Sequence record: DRR723986_18836
Length of the DNA: 64,000 nt
Reading direction: 5' to 3' (one strand)
Under the pieces are notes generated by a model that saw nothing but the letters and a program-made list of their open reading frames with translations, was not told the origin of the DNA and made no database searches. Positions 50,701-60,997 of the stretch are shown piece after piece. The position numbers and the translations under genes are program-made. Position 1 is the stretch's first letter, and each line of letters opens with the position of its first letter.

Positions 50701-51141
50701 GAACTAACTGACTTGGTTGAAGAAGCCGTGTTACTTGAATTTGATAGAATTACTGAACGTGGTGGAGTCCTAGGCGCAATGGAGACGATGTACCAGCGTT
50801 CTAAGATTCAGGAAGAAAGTTTGTATTATGAAACTTTAAAGCACAATGGTGAATTTCCTATTATTGGTGTAAACACATTCTTAAGCAGTAAAGGTTCACC
50901 AACAGTTCAGCCAGCGGAAGTTATTAGAGCAACCGAAGAGGAAAAAGAATATCAGATTAAAACTTTAAAAAATCTTCATAACGCGCATGATACAGATAAG
51001 TTATTAAAAGACTTGCAGCACATGGCAATTAATAATCAGAATATTTTTGAAGCACTAATGGAAGTCTGTAAAGTTTGTTCTTTAGGTCAAATTACGTCAG
51101 CTTTATTTGAAGTTGGTGGACAGTATCGCCGAAATATGTAA
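47725..51141 (+). CDS. icmF: Fused isobutyryl-CoA mutase/GTPase chaperone
   Basis: N-terminal B12-binding DGHD, MeaB-like [14 protein letters not shown]-terminal mutase domain ending GGQYRRNM. Confidence 0.95.
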   Translation: MEQIAPYKPKHKVRIVTAASLFDGHDAAINIMRRIIQSTGVEVIHLGHDRSVEEVVNTAIQEDANAIAMTSYQGGHNEYFKYMYDLLQEKGAGHIKIFGGGGGVILPEEIKDLMDYGITRIYSPDDGREMGLQGMINDLVKQSDFAIGDQLNGEVKVLAEKNPKSIARVISAAENFPDVAKDALESIHNKNKNSKTPVLGITGTGGAGKSSLVDELVRRFLIDFPEKTVGLISVDPSKRKTGGALLGDRIRMNAINSPRVYMRSLATRQSNLALSKYVNEAVEVLKAAEYDLIILETSGIGQSDTEILEHSDVSLYVMTPEFGAATQLEKIDMLDFADLVAINKFDKRGALDALRDVKKQYMRNHNMWHADPNTMPVFGTIASQFNDPGMNTLYKAIMDKVVEKTQADLKSTFEISKEMSEKIFVIPPARTRYLSEIAENNRAYDKTANVQVEVAQKLYGIYKTLESVLGEAPRLDKSGIDSESVNSNEVENKDFVRMLVSEFDRVKLNLDPYNWEIVTGWDDKVNRYKAPIYSFKVRDKEIKIDTHTKSLSHTDIPKVALPKYEAWGDILKWCLQENVPGEFPFTSGLYPFKRTGEDPTRMFAGEGGPERTNRRFHYVSLGMPAKRLSTAFDSVTLYGNDPDYRPDIYGKIGNAGVSICCLDDAKKLYSGFNLADSMTSVSMTINGPAPMLLGFFMNAAIDQQCEIYIKENGLEKEVEQKIEAIYKGKERPKYNGDLPEGNDGLGLMLLGVTGDQVLPSEIYEEIKAKTIAQVRGTVQADILKEDQAQNTCIFSTEFALRLMGDVQEYFIDNNVRNFYSVSISGYHIAEAGANPITQLALTLSNGFTYVEYYLSRGMDINKFGPNLSFFFSNGIDPEYAVIGRVARKIWAKALKHKYGANPRAQMLKYHIQTSGRSLHAQEIDFNDIRTTLQALYALYDNCNSLHTNAYDEAITTPTEESVRRAMAIQLIINKELGLAKNENPIQGSFIIEELTDLVEEAVLLEFDRITERGGVLGAMETMYQRSKIQEESLYYETLKHNGEFPIIGVNTFLSSKGSPTVQPAEVIRATEEEKEYQIKTLKNLHNAHDTDKLLKDLQHMAINNQNIFEALMEVCKVCSLGQITSALFEVGGQYRRNM

Positions 51142-51228
51142 ATAGAGAACTAGCTTTATTAAAATCAAAAGCTCAGTGAATCGCTAATCCAGAATTTATC
51201 TCAGGAACTCATAATTTTAATTTATTTA

Positions 51229-51837
51229 ATGTCATTCAAAAAACTACATCCTTTATTAAAAGAGTCTTTGAAAAATTTAGGAATTGAATCCTCAAATACA
51301 TTTCAGAAAAAAGTGTTACCAACTCTAAAAGGTGTTGCTGGTACTTATGTTATAGCACCAAAAGGAAGTGGAAAGAAGATTGCGCTAATAATAACAACAA
51401 TTCATAAATTAAAAGCTTCTTCTTTTGAAGATTCACCCAGAGCAATTATTGTTGTGGAAAATAAATCAGATGCATTAGCATTAAAAGTGGAATTCGAAAA
51501 ATTTACCGGGAATACAGACTTGCGTATCTATACACTATATGATGAGTATGATATCGAAAAGCAGAAAACAGAAATTTATCCAGGTCAAGATATCGTAATT
51601 GCAACGCCAGCTAGATTAAGTAAGCTTTATTTTTTAAATGGTATTCACATGGGTGAAATACAATTGTTTGCTATTGAAGATGCCGATTATTTAGGACGAA
51701 ACAACGCTTATAATCATATCTTACGCTTATCCGAAAGTTTGAGTAAATGTCAGTATGTAATTATGTCGGACGAAATGAATTCTAAAATTAAAAATTATCA
51801 AAATGCATTTATGAGTAATGCGCAACTGGTAAAGTAG
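51229..51837 (+). CDS. Single-domain DEAD/DEAH-like protein with degenerate motifs
   Basis: Q-motif region, GSGKK, DIVIATPARL, IEDAD; no helicase C-terminal domain. Confidence 0.7.
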   Translation: MSFKKLHPLLKESLKNLGIESSNTFQKKVLPTLKGVAGTYVIAPKGSGKKIALIITTIHKLKASSFEDSPRAIIVVENKSDALALKVEFEKFTGNTDLRIYTLYDEYDIEKQKTEIYPGQDIVIATPARLSKLYFLNGIHMGEIQLFAIEDADYLGRNNAYNHILRLSESLSKCQYVIMSDEMNSKIKNYQNAFMSNAQLVK

Positions 51838-51861
51838 AAATAAATAACTTCGGTCAATGCA

Positions 51862-52257
51862 CTATAGAGTCATCATCCAAGTGCGCTGTAGTTTTCTAAA
51901 TTTTTTAAGTTCACCTTTAAGTATAGGTAAATAGTCTTTTCCATTACTTTTAGATCGCTCCAATCTTTGGCAATTACTATATAATTGATTGGTTAGTCGA
52001 TCTAAGCTTTCTAAGTGTTGATGCTTTTTTTCTGAGTAACGCTCGCGTTCTGCATTAATAATTTCTGGCGCGAGATTTGTTGATTGCTGAACAATGTCAC
52101 CTGAAAAGTAAATATCTACATCTTCAGAACCATCTTCATTTAAATATGACAAATCATGATTTAAGTATGTAGATATATTTCTGGACAGCATAATGATGTC
52201 CATTGCCTTTCTATATATAGGCAAATCAGATAGATGAGATGGTAGGTTGTAATTCAT
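51862..52257 (-). CDS. Hypothetical four-helix-bundle-like protein
   Basis: LPIYRKA and APEIINAE motifs; start set at MNYNLP. Confidence 0.7.
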   Translation of the reverse strand: MNYNLPSHLSDLPIYRKAMDIIMLSRNISTYLNHDLSYLNEDGSEDVDIYFSGDIVQQSTNLAPEIINAERERYSEKKHQHLESLDRLTNQLYSNCQRLERSKSNGKDYLPILKGELKKFRKLQRTWMMTL

Positions 52258-52372
52258 TTTAAATAGCAATAAGCACGAAATTAAGGACAAATTAGAATTT
52301 TTAACTTTAAATTTTAAAGTAAAAATATATATTTGCTTTAATAATGGTGTTAATATTTGTAAAAAACCTTAA

Positions 52373-52816
52373 ATGAATATAGATACGCTTAATTGGAAGA
52401 TTTTAAAGTGTTTGCAAGAGAATGCACGTATGTCTAATGCTGAGATTGGACGTCGGGTAGAAGTGAGTTCACCAGCGGTGAGTGAGCGAATAAAAAAAAT
52501 GGAGGATGCTGAAATTATTGAAGGCTATACTACGTTTGTTTCACCAATAGAAGCTGGTTATCAACTGAAGGCTTTAATCACGGTAAGAGCCTTTATGGGA
52601 ATGTTAAAACCATTCTTAGAAAAGGTTAAAACATTTGATGAGGTTGTAAACTGTTATCGTATAACTGGTAATGAAAATATCGTGATGGAAGTAGTGCTTA
52701 AGAACCAAAAACATTTAGAAGTTTTTATTGACCAATTAATTAGTTATGGAGAAACAAAAACTCAAATAATACTTTCTCATGTTGTAAAACATAGCGAAAT
52801 AAAGTCCTTGAAATAA
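52373..52816 (+). CDS. Lrp/AsnC-family regulator
   Basis: ILKCLQENAR.S..EIGR, CYRITG. Confidence 0.92.
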   Translation: MNIDTLNWKILKCLQENARMSNAEIGRRVEVSSPAVSERIKKMEDAEIIEGYTTFVSPIEAGYQLKALITVRAFMGMLKPFLEKVKTFDEVVNCYRITGNENIVMEVVLKNQKHLEVFIDQLISYGETKTQIILSHVVKHSEIKSLK

Positions 52817-52922
52817 TTATCACAGACATGACCAATTTCGTTTTTAGTTTGAGAAGCTTTAATTGGTAATGTCTAAGTACCTTAAATTTAGTATCTTAGC
52901 AGAATAAACCACCTTCCAAGAA

Positions 52923-53570
52923 ATGAAATTGAAAAACTATTTGCAAGAATTGCAACGTAGACATGTGGTTAAAGCGGGTATTGCATATTTAGTTTTGTCA
53001 TTTTCAGTTAGTTGTGCACAAGACAAACGAGTATTAAACGAAGAGACTGAATGGCAAAAAGAGATGAATGCAGATTTTAAAGATGCCACTACATCTCCAC
53101 TTAAAGATAAAGACCGAAAGAAATTTACGGGTTTAGATTTTTATAAGTTTGATTCTACATACGTCGTTAAGGCGAAACTAAAAAGAACACCAGATGCTAA
53201 GCCATTTAAAATGAAGACAACAACCGAGAGACGACCAGATTATGTGCAGTACGGAGTTATTACCTTCACTTTAAAAGGTGAAGAATTTCAGTTAAGTATA
53301 TACCAAAATTTGGGCTTAATGGACGAAGAGGGCTACGAAGATTATTTGTTTTTACCTTTTTTGGATGATACCAACGGAAACGGAAGTTACTCTGGTGGAA
53401 GATATACAGAAGCTAGAATACCAGATGGTGACACTTTAATAATCGATTTTAATACAGCTTATAATCCTTATTGTGCTTATAATGATAAGTACTCTTGCCC
53501 AATTGTACCGAGAGAAAATTACATTGCTGCCAAAATTGAAGCTGGAGTCAAGGCTTTTAAGAAATCGTAA
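52923..53570 (+). CDS. DUF1684 protein with an apparently chimeric N-terminus
   Basis: FLPFLDDTNG..SYSGGRY, IDFNTAYNPYCAY..YSCP; the first 24 aa resemble a different family. Confidence 0.88.
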   Translation: MKLKNYLQELQRRHVVKAGIAYLVLSFSVSCAQDKRVLNEETEWQKEMNADFKDATTSPLKDKDRKKFTGLDFYKFDSTYVVKAKLKRTPDAKPFKMKTTTERRPDYVQYGVITFTLKGEEFQLSIYQNLGLMDEEGYEDYLFLPFLDDTNGNGSYSGGRYTEARIPDGDTLIIDFNTAYNPYCAYNDKYSCPIVPRENYIAAKIEAGVKAFKKS

Positions 53571-53937
53571 TATATTTTACTAAATACAAACCTAGAAAAA
53601 CGGCTAAAAATCCTATTACAAAGCTTGCAATAGTGTAGACAGCAAAACTTACAAAGTCACCAGATTTTAAAAACAAATGATTTTCGTAGGCAAAGGTTGA
53701 AAAAGTTGTAAAGCCACCGCAAAATCCTGTTGCTAGAAGTAACGTCTGATTTTGGCTTAACGTATCGTTTTTAGCAGCCATTCCGAGAATAATTCCTATT
53801 AATAAACTACCGAGAATATTTGCTGCGAAGGTACCATAAGGAATACCAGATTCTGAGTTATTTAGCCATTTACCTATTACAAAACGGAGCGCACTACCAA
53901 ATCCACCTCCTATAAACACAATGAGTAATTGCTTCAT
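53557..53937 (-). CDS. crcB: Fluoride efflux channel FluC/CrcB
   Basis: GGG.GS.LR, PYGTF.AN, GFCGGFTTFSTF. Confidence 0.96.
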   Translation of the reverse strand: MKQLLIVFIGGGFGSALRFVIGKWLNNSESGIPYGTFAANILGSLLIGIILGMAAKNDTLSQNQTLLLATGFCGGFTTFSTFAYENHLFLKSGDFVSFAVYTIASFVIGFLAVFLGLYLVKYITIS

Positions 53938-54951
53938 TTATTTTATCGGAATATAAATTTCTGTTTTCCAATCTGCAGGATTAGGATAGTTTCCTGGATC
54001 GGTCGTATAAATCTCAAATGGCTCAAGATTAGATTGTTCTATGCCATTTTCTGCTAAATATGTCATGGTTGCTTCCCAGGCTTTTGGAAGGTAAGTATAA
54101 TTACCTGTAAGGGTTGTTTTTAAAACTTTGGTATTAGGTATAAAATTAATAGAAACATCAGAATCCGCAGGAATTTCAATACGTTCATTAATTGGTATAC
54201 CATTACTCATAATAACATTGCTACTGCTCATGCCATTATAAACAGTTAGTGGCATACCAGATTGTTTAAGTCCATTGCTGCTCATAAACTGCATGATGGC
54301 ACCAAAGTTTTGACCCATTTTTGCACTTATATTTTGAGAATTAGCATTGGTAGTTTTGTATAAATAAAATCCACCACCATATTCAGTAACACCATTTATT
54401 TCTACATTATAACGGTTCATGTCGACTACCAAAACACTATCTAATAAGGTTAGTCCTCTTTCAAAATGAGGGCCAATTTGTTTTTCCATACCACCCATAA
54501 CTGTAGAAAATGCTTTAAAAGCAAATGGTAGGTCTTTTCCGGTAATTTTCCATGTAATATCTGTCGTCCCATCTTCGTTCGAATTAAAATTCCATGTTAC
54601 ATTAGAGCTTGGGAAATCACCAAATTGCATTTCTTGAGAAATAGAAGAACTGGCTTTAGCATCTATAGTTTTCATAGTTCCAATACCGTCTTCGTCTTCC
54701 CACGAGTAAGAACCTCCAATTCCTTCAGTTTGTTCAGAAAGCATAATTTTAGTTTCTGGTTTCTCTTCAACCCAAGAGGACCATGATTCCCAATTCTTAA
54801 AATCAATAACATTATTATAAACTACACTCTGTGGTGCATTAATTGTTTTTGTTCTGGTTACTTCAAAAGAATTAGGTTGTACAGCTATGTAAATGCAAAA
54901 GCCGATTATGAAGATTAAAAGCAACAATAGTACATATTTGAGAGCTTTCAT
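53938..54951 (-). CDS. SRPBCC plus GyrI-like domain protein
   Basis: N-terminal transmembrane helix, W.SWS.W, C-terminal PFEIY.TDP...W.TEIYIP. Confidence 0.85.
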   Translation of the reverse strand: MKALKYVLLLLLIFIIGFCIYIAVQPNSFEVTRTKTINAPQSVVYNNVIDFKNWESWSSWVEEKPETKIMLSEQTEGIGGSYSWEDEDGIGTMKTIDAKASSSISQEMQFGDFPSSNVTWNFNSNEDGTTDITWKITGKDLPFAFKAFSTVMGGMEKQIGPHFERGLTLLDSVLVVDMNRYNVEINGVTEYGGGFYLYKTTNANSQNISAKMGQNFGAIMQFMSSNGLKQSGMPLTVYNGMSSSNVIMSNGIPINERIEIPADSDVSINFIPNTKVLKTTLTGNYTYLPKAWEATMTYLAENGIEQSNLEPFEIYTTDPGNYPNPADWKTEIYIPIK

Positions 54952-55045
54952 TTTTTGATTTGATTTAGTCGTTTATCAAAGATACTAATTTTATGATATG
55001 TGATATAAATGCTACATTTGTGTACAACTAATTAAATCTAACAAC

Positions 55046-57073
55046 ATGAAGTTAAAATCAATTTTTAAACTATTCCTATTAGCCTTATTAATTGTAGCTT
55101 GTAAGGATGATGCTAAACCAGAAGTTGCAGAGAAAACGGAAACTGAATTCAGTTATAACGTAGAGCAATTTGCCGATATAAAAATTTTAAGATATCAAGT
55201 GCCTGGATGGGACAACTTATCTCTTAAAGAGCAAAAATTAGTGTATTATCTGGTTGAAGCAGGCTTAGCAGGTCGCGATATTATGTGGGACCAAAACTAC
55301 AGACATAATCTAAAAATAAGACGTGCTTTAGAAAGTGTTTATACTAACTATGAAGGAGACAAAGACTCTGCTGATTGGAAAGCCTTTGAAGTGTATTTAA
55401 AACGTGTTTGGTTTAGTAATGGTATTCATCATCACTATTCAAATGATAAGTTAAAACCAGATTTTTCTAAAGACTATTTAAATGACTTGTTGCTTGCTAC
55501 CGACACCAAATTAGATGGTGAGGCGTTTGATGTTATTTTTAATGATAAGGATGCAAAAAAAGTAAATCAGGCAAAAGGTGTAGACAACGTAGCTTTATCT
55601 GCAGTTAATTTTTATGGTCCAAATGTAACCAATGCTGATGTTGAAAAATTCTATGTTGCTAAAACATCATCAAATCCAGATAGACCGTTGTCTTTTGGTT
55701 TAAATTCCCAGCTTGTTAAAGAAAATGGTGAGTTAAAAGAACGAGTCTATAAGTCTGGTGGTTTATACGGTTCTGCAATCGATGAGGTTGTTAAATGGTT
55801 AGAGAAAGCTCAAGCTGTTGCAGAAAATAAAGCTCAAGGTGATGCTATTGGGTTACTTATTCAATATTACAAATCAGGTGATCTTCAAACTTGGGATGAT
55901 TACAACGTTGCATGGACTGCAGCTACGGATGGTAATGTAGATTACATAAATAGCTTTATTGAAGTATACAATGATCCGCTTGGTTACAGAGGTAGTTATG
56001 AAACTATAGTGCAAATCAATGATTTTGATATGTCTAAAAAAATGGCTGTCCTTTCTGAAAATGCACAATGGTTTGAGGATAATTCGCCGTTAATGGAAGA
56101 ACATAAAAAAGATAGTGTGGTTGGTGTAACTTATAAGGTAGTAACCGTGGCAGGTGAAGCTGGTGATGCGTCTCCTAGTACGCCAATAGGTGTTAATTTA
56201 CCTAATGCTAACTGGATTAGAAAAGAAGTTGGAAGTAAATCGGTTTCACTTGGTAATATAATCAACGCTTATAATAATGCAGGTAGTAGTGGACGTCTAA
56301 AAGAGTTTGTACACGATGAAGAAGAGTTAAAGTTAGAAGAAAAATATGGTCAATTAGCAGATAAATTGCATACAGCTCTACATGAAGTAATTGGTCACGC
56401 TTCGGGTCAATTGAATCCAGGTGTTGGTGAGACTAAAGAAACTTTAAAAAACTACGCTTCTACATTAGAAGAAGGCCGTGCTGATTTAGTTGGTTTATAT
56501 TATTTATACAACTCTAAGTTACAAGAGCTTGGTTTGGTTGAAGATTGGAAGAAAGTTGGTAAGGCGGCTTACGATGGTTACATAAGAAACGGATTGATGA
56601 CACAATTGATTCGATTAAACTTAGGAGACGATGTAGAAGAGGCACATATGAGAAATAGACAGTGGGTTAGTGCTTGGGCATTTGAAAAGGGTATGGCAGA
56701 TAATGTTATAGAAAAAGTGACGAGAGATGGTAAAACATATTTTAATATAAACGATTATGATAAACTTCACGAACTATTCGGACAATTGCTAAGAGAAACT
56801 CAAAGAATTAAATCTGAAGGAGATTATGCCGCTGTAGAGGCTCTGGTAGAAGGTTATGGTGTGAAGGTAGACCAAGATATTCATGCTGAGGTGTTAGAAC
56901 GTAATAAACAATTTACTTCAGCCCCTTATAGTGGCTTTGTAAACCCTGTTTTGGTGCCAGAAATGAACGATGTGGGCGAAATTACTGCCATTAGAGTAAC
57001 ACAACCAGAAGGTTATTCTGAACAGATGCTAACGTACAGTGAAAAGTATAGCCATTTGCCTTTGGTAAATTAA
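55046..57073 (+). CDS. Dipeptidyl peptidase III (M49) lipoprotein
   Basis: Lipobox IVAC, HEVIGH hexapeptide, EEGRAD, EEAHMRNR. Confidence 0.92.
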   Translation: MKLKSIFKLFLLALLIVACKDDAKPEVAEKTETEFSYNVEQFADIKILRYQVPGWDNLSLKEQKLVYYLVEAGLAGRDIMWDQNYRHNLKIRRALESVYTNYEGDKDSADWKAFEVYLKRVWFSNGIHHHYSNDKLKPDFSKDYLNDLLLATDTKLDGEAFDVIFNDKDAKKVNQAKGVDNVALSAVNFYGPNVTNADVEKFYVAKTSSNPDRPLSFGLNSQLVKENGELKERVYKSGGLYGSAIDEVVKWLEKAQAVAENKAQGDAIGLLIQYYKSGDLQTWDDYNVAWTAATDGNVDYINSFIEVYNDPLGYRGSYETIVQINDFDMSKKMAVLSENAQWFEDNSPLMEEHKKDSVVGVTYKVVTVAGEAGDASPSTPIGVNLPNANWIRKEVGSKSVSLGNIINAYNNAGSSGRLKEFVHDEEELKLEEKYGQLADKLHTALHEVIGHASGQLNPGVGETKETLKNYASTLEEGRADLVGLYYLYNSKLQELGLVEDWKKVGKAAYDGYIRNGLMTQLIRLNLGDDVEEAHMRNRQWVSAWAFEKGMADNVIEKVTRDGKTYFNINDYDKLHELFGQLLRETQRIKSEGDYAAVEALVEGYGVKVDQDIHAEVLERNKQFTSAPYSGFVNPVLVPEMNDVGEITAIRVTQPEGYSEQMLTYSEKYSHLPLVN

Positions 57074-57084
57074 ATTTCATTCAA

Positions 57085-57130
57085 CATAAAAAAAGCAGTT
57101 ATATACTCTATATAGCTGCTTTTTTTATGT
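57085..57130. terminator. Bidirectional terminator
   Basis: ATAAAAAAAGCAGTTATATA-ctc-TATATAGCTGCTTTTTTTAT. Confidence 0.85.
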
Positions 57131-57140
57131 GTTAGTTTTG

Positions 57141-58154
57141 TTATTTACGGTAGTTAGGAATCTTTAATCCTAGATATACATCTGTTGTTTTTGAGCTGTC
57201 GGATAGCAGATTACTAAATACCGATCCAGATCCAACAGTAAGTGGACCAAATCTAAAACCTCCTCCAAAAGCAAAATCACCATACTGTCTGAAACTTACA
57301 GGTGCATAAAAGCTAAACCATTTTGTTTCTAATCTCGGTGAAAGAGTTACATTATTAATAATCCTATTCGCGAGTTGATTATCTCCTTTTATCATAGATA
57401 AATCTGCTTGTGCGCTCATAAACCATTTGTTGCTTAATCTATAATCTATTAGAACATGTAATGCCGTTGGTAAGTTAATTTTTGTAGCTTTCTTGCTTTC
57501 AGTGTTATTGTAATTATTGTCTAAAAATTCTTCGACATCGTCATCATAAGTAGATGTATCTACGGTATTATTTAAATTGTAGGATGTTATAGTAGCATCT
57601 TTGTAATTAATTGACCCTATATCTGTCACAGAGACTCCAATTTTCAGCTTATATGGATTTTGATAGCTTCTTATAGTGTCACTTTCGCGGTTAGGATGCC
57701 ATTGGTATGTAAAACCAATGTCTAAGCCAAAACCAGCAGTGAGGTTACTAAAATCAATGTCATCATTATCAAAATCCTGTGATGTTCCATAATTAAGAGT
57801 TCCTTGAGTTGTTAAGGTTTCAGTATTGGCAGTATATTGACCTTGTAAACCGGGACTGCTAATAAAAGCAGCTCCAGCACCTTGTAAATATTTTAGCGTT
57901 ACACCAGCTTTTAGTAAATGATTTGGCTTATCCATTAATATTCTTCCATAAGCTAAGCCTACTTCAGCCCATGCATGAATATTTCCGGTTAAGTTTTTAG
58001 AATCAAAACTAAAATCGTCTTCAGAATCAAAATCATCAGCAATTGTTTCATATAATTCACCATTTATATCATTAATATTAAAAAAGGCCCTCGCTCTGGT
58101 AATTATACCGATGCTACTTTTTGGTGTAAGATTGAACATAAATGAAGGTCCCAT
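57141..58154 (-). pseudogene. DUF5723-like outer-membrane beta-barrel, 5'-truncated
   Basis: Begins abruptly at MGPSFMFN with no signal peptide; barrel motifs G.GLDIG.TY, DIGSI.Y and PR.E.KW present. Confidence 0.65.
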
Positions 58155-58224
58155 ATTTCTGTCTATTAAATTAAAAAATATATAGGAATTAATAAGAAAT
58201 TTAGCACAAAAAAATGAAATGATC

Positions 58225-58410
58225 TTACATAAATATAAACTTAACTGCAGCAATCATGGCAATAAAACCAATAAAAGCAATAAGTATCCAAATAGTGCCC
58301 TTGTAGTATTTTTTATGAAGTGCAAGGTCTTTTCGGTATTGATACCCAATAATAATGGCAAAAGCTATAAAAAATAATATTCCAAAAATTAATTGACCGT
58401 CACTAAACAT
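58225..58410 (-). CDS. Small two-helix membrane protein
   Basis: MFSDGQLIFG...YRKDLALHKKYYKG. Confidence 0.75.
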   Translation of the reverse strand: MFSDGQLIFGILFFIAFAIIIGYQYRKDLALHKKYYKGTIWILIAFIGFIAMIAAVKFIFM

Positions 58411-58463
58411 CTTCTTATTTTTATGCAAAAATAACAATTAAGAGACTAATAAACTAAAGACAT

Positions 58464-58850
58464 ATGCAAGATAAAATCAATGCGGTTAAAGCATTTCATA
58501 CAGCTTTTAAAATAGGACATAGAGAAACACCTAAAGCAAATCTAGGTATTGAGAAAAATATGTTACGATACAAATTAATGCGAGAAGAGAATGAAGAGTA
58601 TTTAGAGGCTGCCAATGATAATGATTTGGTGGAAGTGGCAGATGCATTGGGCGATATGTTATACATTCTTTGTGGTACTATTATAGAACATGGTTTACAA
58701 TATAAAATTGAAGAGGTTTTTAACGAAATTCAACGCAGTAATATGAGTAAATTAGGTGAGAATGGAGAGCCTATATACAGAGAAGACGGTAAAGTTTTAA
58801 AAGGACCAAATTATTTTAAGCCGCATATAAAAGAGATCTTGGATAAATAA
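58464..58850 (+). CDS. MazG-like nucleoside triphosphate pyrophosphohydrolase
   Basis: EE.EEY, EVADALGD, SNMSK, DGKVLKGPNY. Confidence 0.9.
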   Translation: MQDKINAVKAFHTAFKIGHRETPKANLGIEKNMLRYKLMREENEEYLEAANDNDLVEVADALGDMLYILCGTIIEHGLQYKIEEVFNEIQRSNMSKLGENGEPIYREDGKVLKGPNYFKPHIKEILDK

Positions 58851-58857
58851 GCTAATC

Positions 58858-59928
58858 TTAGCAAACTTTAATACGCCAGCCAAACGGATCTGCTACCTTA
58901 TTGGTTTGTATATCAGTTATTCGATTTTTAAGTAAAGCTCCATAAGTATTCTCAAGTTCTGGTAGCTTGTAGTCTTTACCTTTAAATCCAAACCCAGATA
59001 TTGGAGATATAACAGCGGCGGTACCAGCGCCAAATAATTCCTTAAGGCTTCTGTTTTCTGATGCTTCAATCAGTTCTTGTACTTTTATTTTACGAACTTC
59101 AGTTTTTATACCTTCAGATTCTGCAATTTTTAATATACTTCTTCTTGTAATACCATCTAAAATTCTATCACTGGTTGGTACAGTTAGTAATGTGTCATTT
59201 ATCCGAACAAAAATATTCATTGCTCCAGCTTCTTCAATATATTCGTGGGTATTATCATCAGTCCAGATTACTTGCTGATAACCTCTTTCTTTAGCTAACT
59301 GAGTAGGATAAAATTGACCAGCATAATTCCCACCAGCTTTGGCGAAACCTACGCCACCATTTGCAGAACGCGAATATTTTTCTTCAATTAACACCTTTAC
59401 TTTACCAGAAAAATATGGACCAGATGGTGCAAAAGCAATTATAAATTTATAAGAATCTGCAGGCGATGCATGAAATCCTTGACCCGTGGCAAACATAAAA
59501 GGTCTAATGTAAAGGGCGCTGCCTTCTGTAGTAGGAATCCAATCCTTTTCAACTTTAAGAAGTTCCTTTAAACCATTCATAAAATAGTTTTCAGGTAATT
59601 CTGGCATAGCCAATCGCTTTGCAGAAATATTTAAACGTTTAAAGTTGTCAATGGGTCTAAACAAAAATACATTTTCATTCTCATCTTTATAGGCTTTCAT
59701 ACCTTCAAAAATGGATTGACCATAGTGAAAAATCTTAGCAGAAGGTTCTAAAGATAAAGGCTGAAAAGGAACAATTCTGGGTTTTTGCCATTTACCATTT
59801 TCATAATCGCACACAAACATGTGGTCTGAAAAATTTTTGCCAAATTCTAAATTGCTAAAATCTACTGAATCTATCTTAGAAGATTCAGTGGATTCAATTG
59901 AGATATCTTCCATGTAATTATTCGCCAT
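58858..59928 (-). CDS. ilvE: Branched-chain amino acid aminotransferase
   Basis: HYGQSIFEGMKA, LYIRP, AKAGGNY, ILDGITR, GAGTAA. Confidence 0.95.
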   Translation of the reverse strand: MANNYMEDISIESTESSKIDSVDFSNLEFGKNFSDHMFVCDYENGKWQKPRIVPFQPLSLEPSAKIFHYGQSIFEGMKAYKDENENVFLFRPIDNFKRLNISAKRLAMPELPENYFMNGLKELLKVEKDWIPTTEGSALYIRPFMFATGQGFHASPADSYKFIIAFAPSGPYFSGKVKVLIEEKYSRSANGGVGFAKAGGNYAGQFYPTQLAKERGYQQVIWTDDNTHEYIEEAGAMNIFVRINDTLLTVPTSDRILDGITRRSILKIAESEGIKTEVRKIKVQELIEASENRSLKELFGAGTAAVISPISGFGFKGKDYKLPELENTYGALLKNRITDIQTNKVADPFGWRIKVC

Positions 59929-60045
59929 AAAAAGGTAAGATTTGTACTGCAAAAGTAATCAAACCTAACCGTTAAAAAAAGGTAAAATTCCCTTTAATTT
60001 CGTAAATTTGCAACTTATTAATGAATCAAATCAAAAATTATAAAA

Positions 60046-60558
60046 ATGAAAAATTTAATCTTATTATTTGTATTTAGTTTAGTTATTATTTCTTGTAAAA
60101 ATGATAAACAAACTACGGAACAAGAAGTTGTGGTTGAAGGAGAATTAAATGAAGAATTAGCATATGCTTCTTTTGGTATGGAAATTAATGATGCTGATGC
60201 TTTAACTAGCGAAAGAATGATGGAACACTATAAATCTTTAAAGCCTGGAGATACACTTAATTCTAAAATGACCGCTAAAATTAATGAGGTTTGCTCTAAA
60301 AAAGGATGTTGGATGACTTTAGATATGGGTGGTAAAAATGAAGTAATGGTAAAATTTAAAGATTATGGCTTTTTTATGCCACTAAATGCTGAAGGCGAAG
60401 TTGTTGTTAATGGTAAAGCTTATGTAACAGAAACCTCAGTTGATGAATTAAGACATTACGCTGAAGATGCTGGTAAGTCTAAGGAAGAAATTGAGGCTAT
60501 TACAGAACCGAAACGCACATATTCATTTGAGGCTGATGGAGTTCTTCTTAAACAATAA
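60046..60558 (+). CDS. DUF4920 lipoprotein
   Basis: VCSKKGCWM, FKDYGFFMP, LRHYAEDAG. Confidence 0.9.
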   Translation: MKNLILLFVFSLVIISCKNDKQTTEQEVVVEGELNEELAYASFGMEINDADALTSERMMEHYKSLKPGDTLNSKMTAKINEVCSKKGCWMTLDMGGKNEVMVKFKDYGFFMPLNAEGEVVVNGKAYVTETSVDELRHYAEDAGKSKEEIEAITEPKRTYSFEADGVLLKQ

Positions 60559-60994
60559 AGTTCTAAAGATTTTAATCTTCTCCTTGCTACTTTTAAATAG
60601 TTGCAAAAATGAAGAAAAAATAGTTGAAACAACTCCAGAAAAGAAGGTTAAGTATGTTATACCGAAACCTTCGGAAATGGCAAATCTTATGAATGCCATG
60701 TATGCTTATAATTTGCAAATAAAACAGCAAATTATGAATGGCGAAACACCAGTAGTAATGCCTCTGGATTTAGTGAAATTGCATTCCGCAGAAATGAGCA
60801 ATGGGCATGGGAGAACGGCAGTTTGGAATAGCCATGTAAATGAGTTTATAACGGCACAGCAATCTGTGGCAGACACCTTATCCGATATAGAACTAAAAAT
60901 GCGTTATAACGACGCAATTAATAATTGTCTGGCTTGTCATAAAACAGAATGTACTGGGCCAATACCTAAAATTAAAAAATTGTTGATTCAGTAG
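60536..60994 (+). CDS. Lipoprotein with C-terminal CxxCH (class II cytochrome c-like)
   Basis: Lipobox LNSC, SEMA.LM..M, CLACH near the C-terminus; start uncertain. Confidence 0.7.
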   Translation: MEFFLNNKVLKILIFSLLLLNSCKNEEKIVETTPEKKVKYVIPKPSEMANLMNAMYAYNLQIKQQIMNGETPVVMPLDLVKLHSAEMSNGHGRTAVWNSHVNEFITAQQSVADTLSDIELKMRYNDAINNCLACHKTECTGPIPKIKKLLIQ

Positions 60995-60997
60995 GTT

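Noticed and set aside
616..56068. Short antisense or overlapping ORFs in the track (e.g. 616-858, 2031-2303, 3671-4033, 4980-5285, 34806-35237, 48069-48491)
   Set aside because: Shadow frames of well-supported genes, with no motifs.
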